Under the pieces are notes generated by a model. The model made no database searches, was not told where the DNA came from, and was given only the letters and a program-made list of their open reading frames with translations. A stretch of 64,000 nucleotides of DNA from Myxococcota bacterium (GTDB lineage Bacteria; Myxococcota_A; UBA9042; PHBI01; JAWLBL01), in NCBI GenBank assembly GCA_041687695.1, contig JAWLBL010000013.1:38275-102274 (forward strand). The letters run 5' to 3'. The first letter of the stretch is position 1, and each line of letters opens with the position of its first letter. The position numbers were made by a program, and so were the translations under genes. This document shows, piece after piece, positions 1 through 7,760 of the stretch.

Positions 1-713
<713 letters not shown>

Positions 714-765
714 CGCGTGCTCCGGAAGGTGTGCGAGCAGCGTCACGGCTGCTCGGAAGGGCCAA

Positions 766-1305
766 TTAGCTGAGGACGGTCTCGCGCAGGCTCTCGAGGC
801 GGGTGCGCACGCTGCCGTCGAGGACCAGCGTGCCGATGCGGGTCACCACGCCCCCGATGAGGCTCTGGTCGACCTTGGCCTCGAGGACCACGGTGGCGCC
901 GGTCAGGCGCTGCAGCGCGACCTGGATGCGGTTGAGATCCGCCCGATCGAGCGGCGCCGCGCTGACGACCTCGGCGCGGACGCGGTTGGACAGGGCGTCG
1001 AGGCGCTCGTTGAAGGCCTTGGACACGGCCTCGACCTCTTCGATGCGCCCGCGGTCGAGCAGCATGAGGAGGAAGTTCCGCGTCGTCGGCGCGAAGAGGA
1101 ACTTGGAGAAGAGCTTGACGAGGATCTGCCGCTTGTCCTCGAGCGGGACGACCGGGCTGGCCAGGACGCTCTGGAGCTGCTCGCTCGACCCGTAGGTGCG
1201 GGCGAAGGTCTCGAGCTGCTTGGCGATGACCGCGTGGTTCTTCGCCTCGGCGCAGAGCTCTTCGAGCGCCTTGGCGTAACGGCGGGCGATCTTGACGTCG
1301 CTCAC
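766..1305 (-). CDS. atpH: F0F1 ATP synthase delta (OSCP) subunit
   Basis: 179-aa ORF beginning [17 protein letters not shown] and ending [24 protein letters not shown], which is the typical OSCP/delta pattern. It sits between atpF and atpA. Confidence 0.9.
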   Translation of the reverse strand: MSDVKIARRYAKALEELCAEAKNHAVIAKQLETFARTYGSSEQLQSVLASPVVPLEDKRQILVKLFSKFLFAPTTRNFLLMLLDRGRIEEVEAVSKAFNERLDALSNRVRAEVVSAAPLDRADLNRIQVALQRLTGATVVLEAKVDQSLIGGVVTRIGTLVLDGSVRTRLESLRETVLS

Positions 1306-1312
1306 GAGTGCC

Positions 1313-1954
1313 TCACGTCGCGGGGGTGGTGCCGGGCGTGCTCGGGGCGCGCCCGCCGAAGGCGGTCAGGCCCTCGAGGCGCTCGAGCTCCTGCACGTAG
1401 GTCTTGACGAGGTTGCGCTGCACCTGGGGCGTCATGCGCTGCGCCACCTTCTGCTCGGCCAGCTGCAGGGCCCGCGCGGCGAAGTCGTGCTCGAGCTCCT
1501 CGCGGACCTTGGCGGCCTCCTGCTGCAGGCGCTTTTCGGCGTCGCGGCGCATCTTCTCGGTGGCCTCGCGGGCGTCGGCCAGGATGCGCGCTTTTTCGCG
1601 CTCGCCGTCCTGGCGGAACTGCTCGCGGATCTGCGCGATCTCGCCCTCGAGGCTGGCGAGCAGGGCGTCGTACTTCTGGAAGCGGGCCTCGGCCTCGGCG
1701 CGCAGGCGCGTCGCCTCGGCCATCTCCTTCTGCACGGCCTCGTGCCGCGAGACCAGGAAGGCCTTGGCCGGCTTGGCGCCCAGCCAATAGAGCAGGCCCA
1801 GCAGGAGCGCGAAGTCGATGACGTAGAACCCGTGGACCGTCCACTCGAAGCCGCCGGCGGCGGCCAGCGGGCCGGCGCCCAGGCCGAGGGCCAGGGCGGC
1901 GGGAGCGGCGGTCACGCTCAGCGCCAGGGCGCTCAGGAAGGTGAGGCGCTTCAT
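1313..1954 (-). CDS. atpF: F0F1 ATP synthase subunit b
   Basis: It has an N-terminal signal/TM segment followed by a long charged helix (EAEARFQKYDALLASLEGEIAQIREQFRQDGEREKARILADAREATEKMRRDAEKRL). Its start makes an ATGA overlap with the upstream b' gene. Confidence 0.85.
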   Translation of the reverse strand: MKRLTFLSALALSVTAAPAALALGLGAGPLAAAGGFEWTVHGFYVIDFALLLGLLYWLGAKPAKAFLVSRHEAVQKEMAEATRLRAEAEARFQKYDALLASLEGEIAQIREQFRQDGEREKARILADAREATEKMRRDAEKRLQQEAAKVREELEHDFAARALQLAEQKVAQRMTPQVQRNLVKTYVQELERLEGLTAFGGRAPSTPGTTPAT

Positions 1955-2436
1955 GCGTTGCCCTCCTCGGCGCGCAGGATGCGGTCGGCGGCGAGGGTGG
2001 CCAGAGCCTCGACCTCGCGCTGCATCGCGGCGCGGACCTCGGCCACCTGGGCGTCGAGGCGCTGCTGGCCGGCCGCGAGCTGCTGGTTGACCTCGGCCGT
2101 GACGTCGGCGGTGAGGCGGTTGCGCTCGGCGGCGGCCTCGCGCTTCAAGTCCTCGCGGATGGTGACCGCGCTCTTGCGCGCCTCATCCATGCGCTTGTCG
2201 TAGGACGTGAAGGCCTCGGCCGCGCGGAGGTCCATGCTCTCGGCCTGTTGCCGGGCGCCCTCCATGCGCGAGTACCGTGCCTCCTGCGCCTTGACCATCG
2301 GCTTGACCACGAGGGCCCGCAGCACCAGGAAGAAGACCAGGAAGATGCCGAGCTGGACGAGGAACGTCCCGTCGAGATCGACCAGGCCCGCCGCTTGGAT
2401 GTTCTGATGCAGGCTGTTCTGGAAGGGCTCCAGCAT
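1951..2436 (-). CDS. atpF2: F0F1 ATP synthase subunit b' (second b-type stalk subunit)
   Basis: It has one TM segment (LVQLGIFLVFFLVLRALVV) followed by a charged coiled coil. The ATG at 2436 lies 9 nt after a GGAG, so it is preferred over the GTG at 2442. Confidence 0.8.
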   Translation of the reverse strand: MLEPFQNSLHQNIQAAGLVDLDGTFLVQLGIFLVFFLVLRALVVKPMVKAQEARYSRMEGARQQAESMDLRAAEAFTSYDKRMDEARKSAVTIREDLKREAAAERNRLTADVTAEVNQQLAAGQQRLDAQVAEVRAAMQREVEALATLAADRILRAEEGNA

Positions 2437-2505
2437 GCGCACTGTCTCCAGGCCGGACGGAGCGGCCCATACGGTCAGGGGGGAGGGGCCGTCTGAGGCG
2501 TGCGC

Positions 2506-2535
2506 TGCCTAGCACACGGTTCTGAGGGGCGTCAA
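2506..2535 (-). promoter_or_regulatory. putative sigma70-type promoter of the atpF2-atpF-atpH-atpA block
   Basis: The minus strand reads TTGACG-N18-TAGGCA, about 70 nt upstream of the ATG at 2436, in the 130-nt gap after the preceding gene. Confidence 0.35.
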
Positions 2536-2572
2536 GCCAAACGGACCGAGCCGAGAGCCGCGCTCCGACTGG

Positions 2573-4396
2573 CTATTCTCGCGGTCGCGAGGGGTCCGGG
2601 GCGCCCTCGGGAGCGATCCGGTCGGGGGGCTCCCGGGGGCCTTCGGAACAGGGGGCTCCCTCGGGGCATTCCGGGCACCGTCGGCCCAGCGTCACCGCGT
2701 CGACGTAGACGCCCTCGCCCTCGTTCGCGTGCTCGTCGCCGGTGTCGAAGCGCAAGCCGACCCGGACGGGCTGGCCGGCGAGGCCGTCGAGGGGGATCTC
2801 GACCTGCCGCCACTGGCCCGCGGTGGTGCCGCCCATCAGATCGGAAGACCAGACGACCGATGGGGCGAGCCCGTCGAGGACCTCCCAGCGGACCAGGACC
2901 TCGAGGCGGTCCACGCCGGCCGGGTTCGTCAGTGGGCCCGGCTCGGACCACTCGGTCTCCATCCAGACGGACGCGCGCAGCGCGGGCAGCTCGCTCGGGA
3001 CGGTCACGGGGGGCGACCACAGCGTGCCCTGGGCCGAAGCGCCGGGCGGGGCGAGCCCCGGCGTGTCTGGCAGGCCGAAACGCAGCGCCATCTGGCCGTC
3101 GACCGCGCGGAGGGCCGACAGATGCCAGGCTGCGCCGGAGTCGTCGGGCTCGAAGGTCCAGGCCTCGTCGAGCGGGACCTCGAAGCCGCCGGGGTCGGGC
3201 CAGACGTCGTCGTGGGTGCAGCAGGTGGGCGTCAGGGTGCGTGTGACCTGACAGCGCCCGCCGACGCAGGCCACCGCGTCGCAGGCGTCGGCGGGGACGC
3301 AGTCGGCCCGCTTCTCGCAAGGCTGGCAGACGAGCTGTGGGTCCGGCGCGGACAGGACGCACAGCGCGTCGTCGACCCCGGCGACCGGGGTGGGGACGCC
3401 GACCTGGCAGGGCTGGGCGGCGGCGCAGTCGCGCTGGCCCGCGCAGACGCGGGTGACGCGTAGGCCGCCGACGTACAGGCCCTCGTGGTGGTTGTCGACG
3501 CCGTCGAGCGTGTCGAAGGCCAGGCGCAGCGACACGGTCTGCCCGACCCAGCGCGACAGGTCGACCAGCACCGGCGTCCACTGGGCGCGGGGCAGCGGGT
3601 GGGTGCGGGACGACCAGAGGGTCTCGATGTAGCCCGAGGGCAGGACGGCGCGGACCTCGAGGCCGTCGTAAGGCGTGTGGGTGGCGGGGCCGCGGGGCTC
3701 GACCTCGAAGCTGGCCCAGACCCAGAGCTCGGCCACCAGCGGACCGCCGGTGGGCAGCGCGATGGAGGGCGTGGTGAGCCCCAGCGAGACCGGGGCCGCT
3801 GCGGCGCCGGGGAGCGGGGTGCAGGCGGCGTCGAGGGGGCCCGAGAAGTAGGTCGGGCAGGTGACGTGGCCCGCGTGGAAGGAGGGGCGGCCCTCGAGGC
3901 CCCGGCGCGAGGTCAGGTGCCAGGTGACGGCGTCGTTGGGGAGCGAGTCGCTGATGAGCGACGCGGCGAGCGTGTCGGCCGACGGCTCGAGGGTGTGCAC
4001 GGTCTCGTCACAGGGCGCGTCGGGCAGGTCGAGGCGGGGCACGCAGCCGCCGGCCTGGCAGGTCGCCTCGCAGGTGGCGGTGTGGTGTGTGGTGCTGCTG
4101 GCGCACGGGCCGGGGACCGAGCAGCAGTCGAGCTTGTAGCGGAGCTGGCACACCCCATTGGGGCACCAGCCCTCGTAGCAGCAGTCGTCGAGGTGGGCGC
4201 AGTCGTCGCGGCGGGTGCAGGTCGAGACGGGGCCGCCGTCCGCGGGTGGCAGCTCGAACCCGGCGTCCGCGGCGTCGGCGGGTTCGAGGACCTCGGCGTC
4301 GTCCGGGGAGGGGAGCTCGAGCGGGGCGGGCGACGGCGCTCCGCAGGCCGCCACGAGCGCCGACGCGAGGGCCACGAGGGCGGAGCGGGGCGTCAT
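2573..4396 (-). CDS. secreted Cys-rich lipoprotein with two duplicated beta-sandwich-like modules
   Basis: The internal ATG at 4396 gives MTPRSALVALASALVAAC with a lipobox. Cys-knot stretches (CTRRDDCAHLDDCCYEGWCPNGVCQ; CQPCEKRADCVPADACDAVACVGGRCQ) precede two similar modules, which end ...GQTVSLRLAFDTLDGVDNHHEGLYVGGLRV and ...GQPVRVGLRFDTGDEHANEGEGVYVDAVTL. Confidence 0.75.
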   Translation of the reverse strand: MTPRSALVALASALVAACGAPSPAPLELPSPDDAEVLEPADAADAGFELPPADGGPVSTCTRRDDCAHLDDCCYEGWCPNGVCQLRYKLDCCSVPGPCASSTTHHTATCEATCQAGGCVPRLDLPDAPCDETVHTLEPSADTLAASLISDSLPNDAVTWHLTSRRGLEGRPSFHAGHVTCPTYFSGPLDAACTPLPGAAAAPVSLGLTTPSIALPTGGPLVAELWVWASFEVEPRGPATHTPYDGLEVRAVLPSGYIETLWSSRTHPLPRAQWTPVLVDLSRWVGQTVSLRLAFDTLDGVDNHHEGLYVGGLRVTRVCAGQRDCAAAQPCQVGVPTPVAGVDDALCVLSAPDPQLVCQPCEKRADCVPADACDAVACVGGRCQVTRTLTPTCCTHDDVWPDPGGFEVPLDEAWTFEPDDSGAAWHLSALRAVDGQMALRFGLPDTPGLAPPGASAQGTLWSPPVTVPSELPALRASVWMETEWSEPGPLTNPAGVDRLEVLVRWEVLDGLAPSVVWSSDLMGGTTAGQWRQVEIPLDGLAGQPVRVGLRFDTGDEHANEGEGVYVDAVTLGRRCPECPEGAPCSEGPREPPDRIAPEGAPDPSRPRE

Positions 4397-4534
4397 GCGT
4401 CGGGACCTCCTGAACGCCCGCGACCGCCGCGGGGTCGCCGCATTGTGCAGGGCGGTCGGGGGTGAGTCCACCGAGGGGCGCCGGGTCGGCCAGGGCCGCC
4501 AAGGGGGCAAGGGGCGGGCGCGGGCGCCGCGGCG

Positions 4535-5227
4535 CTACAGGTTGGCCGTGTAGGGGAAGCGGAAGTGCAGCATCGCGAACACCTGGCCGATGTGCCAGAT
4601 GACGTCGGGGCCGACGTCCGGGACCTTGGTGATGGCGCCGCCGATGGCCTGCGGCAGGTAAAAGCCCGAGGACCAGCCCAGGCTGATGCCGAAGGAGCGG
4701 ACGAACATGACCTCGAGCTCGGCCTTGAGATCCACGCCGGGGCGCAGGAAGTGGGTGTCCGAGCCGCCCGCGAGGGTGTCCGAGGTGATGAACGCGTAGG
4801 TCAGCAGGGCGCCGGCGCCGACCGTGAACCGCACGGGGCCTCGGAGCAGGGGGACGTTGAAGCCGATGGGGCGCCAGGTCGCGCCGAACATGCCGGTGTA
4901 GCGCGTCTTCGGCGAGATGTAGAGCGTGTCGGGGATGAAGATGGACGGCGAGATGCGCACCTCGTCCATCCTGGCCGCCGCCGCCCGGTACTTGGCGGGG
5001 ATGCGGTTCTGGTTCGCCTTGATGGTCTGCTGGTCGATGATGGCGGCGACGTTCAGCTTGACCCCGTAGTGGAACAGCTGGTCCGAGGCCACCTGCCCGA
5101 ACACGATGTGTCCGGCGGGCCCGACGCCCACGTCGACCGGCACGGTGACCTGGGCGCCCCGCGCCGGCCCGGCGACCAGCGTCAGAGCCAAGGCGGCGGC
5201 GGACAGGCAGGCGGTCAGGCGCGTCAT
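4535..5227 (-). CDS. secreted hypothetical protein, beta-rich (possible outer-membrane protein)
   Basis: 230-aa ORF with a signal peptide (MTRLTACLSAAALALTLVAGPARGA) and alternating hydrophobic beta-like segments. Codon usage is native GC3-rich. Confidence 0.6.
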   Translation of the reverse strand: MTRLTACLSAAALALTLVAGPARGAQVTVPVDVGVGPAGHIVFGQVASDQLFHYGVKLNVAAIIDQQTIKANQNRIPAKYRAAAARMDEVRISPSIFIPDTLYISPKTRYTGMFGATWRPIGFNVPLLRGPVRFTVGAGALLTYAFITSDTLAGGSDTHFLRPGVDLKAELEVMFVRSFGISLGWSSGFYLPQAIGGAITKVPDVGPDVIWHIGQVFAMLHFRFPYTANL

Positions 5228-5371
5228 GCGATCTCCTCGTGGCCGAGCGTTGCCCGCGCATCATGGCGCGCCAGCCGCGGCCCGCGCAACCGCATCGAGG
5301 TGCGGTTGAGGGCGAGGCCCGACTCGTGCTACCCACGAGAGACCGTCCACTTCATAGCTGGAGGCAGGCGC

Positions 5372-7453
5372 ATGCGAAAGCCTGTTCGAGCCGTAGGCCC
5401 CTTGGTAGTCCTCATGAGTGCTGTAGCGGTGGCCGCTTGCGGTTGGGATCCGCTGTCCGCCTACGACGTCCCGGACGTCGAGGACATGGACTCGCCGGAG
5501 CCCGACACCGACGCCAAGGCCGGTGAGGTCGAGGGCGACGCCGTGGAGGACCTCGGACACGACGGCGCCTGGGACATGGATGATGGTTTGGACCTCGTCG
5601 AAGCCGTCGACGGGGAGGCTGGTGGCGACGCGGACGCCGCGGCTGAGACTGGCGACGGCGGCATCGGCCAGGATGGCGACGCCGACGTAGAGCCATCTGA
5701 GTGTGAGGTGGACGAGGACTGTACGGGGCCGGCGCCCCCGTGCCACCAACGCTCGTGCGTCGATGGGACCTGCGTGGCCGAGCCGGTCGACGACGGCATG
5801 CCGTGCGACGACGGGGACGCCTGCACGGCTGGTGACACCTGTCAGGCTGGACTGTGTGCGAGCGGCGCGCCCAAGGTCTGCACGGCGAGCGACGCTTGCC
5901 ACGAAGCGGGCGCTTGTGACCCGGCGACCGGCGAGTGCAGTGATCCGGCCAGTGCTGACGGGAAGGTCTGTGACGACGGGCTGGTCTGTACGGATCAAGA
6001 TGCCTGCAACGCGGGCGTGTGCGTCGGGAGCCCCGTCACGTGTGCGGCCCCGATCGTCGCGTGCGCCGTCGCCAGCTGCGAGGAGACGTCGCAGGGCTGC
6101 GTCACCGACGCGTCGGCTTGCGAATGCCTGGCCGACGCCGACTGCGGCGCGGGTCACGTCTGCACCGCTGGGGACTGCGTGTGCGTTCCGGCCTGTGATG
6201 GTAAGGCCTGCGGTTCCGACGGCTGCGGCGGGAGTTGCGGCAGCTGCGAGGACGATCAGTCCTGCACTCTTCAGGGCCAGTGCGTGTGTCAGCCCGACTG
6301 CGCCGGCAAGCAGTGCGGCGACGACGGCTGCGGCGGGAGCTGTGGAAGCTGCGGCGTCGGCACCGAATGCTCGCCCGAGGCCACCTGCGTCTGCGTGCCG
6401 GCCTGCGACGGGCGCGAGTGCGGCTCCGACGGCTGCGGAGGATCGTGCGGCTCGTGTGGGTCCGGCGAGGCCTGCTCGGCCCAGGGCCAGTGCGTGTGTC
6501 AGCCCGACTGCGCCGGCAAGCAGTGCGGAGACAACGGCTGTGGCGGCCTGTGCGGCGTCTGCGGCTCCGGCCTGGTCTGTGGGGACGCGAACCAGTGCGT
6601 CCAGCCACCCTGCGGCTTGCTCGGCGAGCCGTGCCCGTCAGGGTTCACGTGCGACGCGTCGGCCGCGGTCGGCACCAGCTATCCGGCCTTCTGCTTGAAC
6701 CAGACCACGGGCGAGGTCTGGGTTCCCGCCGGGACCCTCTGGATGGGGTGTAACGCGCTCTTGGACTCGGATTGCGAGTCGAAGGAGAGCCCCCAACACC
6801 TGGTGACTGTGGATCAATACGCCATAGATCGTTTGCCCGTGACCGTCACCGCGTTCAAGGCCTGCGTGGCAGCCGGTGCTTGCGTAGCTCCATCATCAGG
6901 CGATTACAGCACCTACTGGAGCTCCGGCAAGGAAAGTCACCCTGTCAACTATGTATCTTGGAGCCAGGCGTCAGCCTACTGCGCCTGGTCGGGTAAGGCG
7001 GCGGGTACCCAGCGACTATGCACCGAAGCCGAGTGGGAGCGAGCGGCTCGCGGAGGTTGCGAAACCCTCACCGGCGATTGCGCCAGCAACATGCGGCTCT
7101 ATCCTTGGGGATCAGCAGACGCCACGTGTACGTACGCGGTGATTTGGGAGTCGCAGCCTGGCTGTGGGACGGACACGTCGTCGCCACCCGGCTTGAAGCC
7201 CGCGGGAACGAGCCCGTATGGCGCAAGCGACATGGGCGGAGGGATGAGAACTTGGGTGAGCGACTGGTATGCGGCCTACGACTCGGCTCCCGCAACCAAC
7301 CCTGCGGGACCAGCATCGGGTACGCAGCGTGTGACACGCGGTGGTTCGTTCGCGCTTGCGGGCTCGCATAGCCGGTCTTCCATGAGGTTCTCGACCACTC
7401 CGACCAGCAAGAGCTACTTGTACGGCGTACGATGCTGTAGGCCTATTCAATAG
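5372..7453 (+). CDS. lipoprotein with an acidic linker, myxobacterial-type Cys-rich repeats and a C-terminal FGE-sulfatase (SUMF1-like) domain
   Basis: The ATG at 5372 gives MRKPVRAVGPLVVLMSAVAVAAC with a lipobox. CGSDGCGGSCGSC-type repeats follow. The C-terminus reads HLVTVDQYAIDRLPVTV...HPVNYVSWSQASAYCAW...RLCTEAEWERAARGG...RLYPWG...RVTRGGSF...YGVRCC, which is the FGE-sulfatase fold pattern. The 5' extension of the 962-aa track ORF is off-frame noise lying over the neighbouring minus-strand gene. Confidence 0.8.
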   Translation: MRKPVRAVGPLVVLMSAVAVAACGWDPLSAYDVPDVEDMDSPEPDTDAKAGEVEGDAVEDLGHDGAWDMDDGLDLVEAVDGEAGGDADAAAETGDGGIGQDGDADVEPSECEVDEDCTGPAPPCHQRSCVDGTCVAEPVDDGMPCDDGDACTAGDTCQAGLCASGAPKVCTASDACHEAGACDPATGECSDPASADGKVCDDGLVCTDQDACNAGVCVGSPVTCAAPIVACAVASCEETSQGCVTDASACECLADADCGAGHVCTAGDCVCVPACDGKACGSDGCGGSCGSCEDDQSCTLQGQCVCQPDCAGKQCGDDGCGGSCGSCGVGTECSPEATCVCVPACDGRECGSDGCGGSCGSCGSGEACSAQGQCVCQPDCAGKQCGDNGCGGLCGVCGSGLVCGDANQCVQPPCGLLGEPCPSGFTCDASAAVGTSYPAFCLNQTTGEVWVPAGTLWMGCNALLDSDCESKESPQHLVTVDQYAIDRLPVTVTAFKACVAAGACVAPSSGDYSTYWSSGKESHPVNYVSWSQASAYCAWSGKAAGTQRLCTEAEWERAARGGCETLTGDCASNMRLYPWGSADATCTYAVIWESQPGCGTDTSSPPGLKPAGTSPYGASDMGGGMRTWVSDWYAAYDSAPATNPAGPASGTQRVTRGGSFALAGSHSRSSMRFSTTPTSKSYLYGVRCCRPIQ
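6176..6600 (+). repeat. in-frame tandem duplication (210-nt period) encoding alternating Cys-rich units
   Basis: The units CVCVPACDG(K/R)xCGSDGCGGSCGSC... and CVCQPDCAGKQCGD(D/N)GCGG(S/L)CG(S/V)CG... each occur twice. The string ccagtgcgtgtgtcagcccgactgcgccggcaagcagtgcgg recurs at about 6277 and about 6487. Confidence 0.9.
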
Positions 7454-7682
7454 GCCACCGGCTGTCGACGCGTCATGAACGCTTTTTTGAGGCCCGCATC
7501 GAGGGCTGCTCAGGTACTCCGGCTCAAGGCCACCTTCTAGCTAGAGGCGCAGGTAACGCCAGCGATCCCTCTACGTACCTCAAGAAGTGGTGCCTCGGCG
7601 GCGCACCTAGGTCACGACGCGTCGGAAACCAGGGCTGCCAGCCCACGAGCCGCATCGTCCGTCCATGCCGTTGAGCGGAAAA

Positions 7683-7719
7683 GCAAAAGGCGAAGCACCG
7701 AGCGGTGCCTCGCCTTTGC
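7683..7719 (-). terminator. rho-independent terminator of the 7761-10232 gene
   Basis: Imperfect stem of about 15 bp (gcaaaaggcgaagcacc / ggtgcctcgcctttgc) with a GAGC loop. On the minus strand it is followed by TTTTCC. It lies 40 nt past the stop codon. Confidence 0.6.
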
Positions 7720-7760
7720 AGTGGTCAGTGGGTCGGCGCTCGCGCGCCGGCCCGCTTAGA

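Noticed and set aside
7470-7488. Intrinsic terminator after the FGE-domain gene (gcgt-catga-acgc followed by TTTTTT)
   Set aside because: The stem is only 4 bp. The T-run is suggestive, but the hairpin is too weak to call. The sequence also resembles the GCGTCATGA(A)CGC operator-like motif, so its role is ambiguous.
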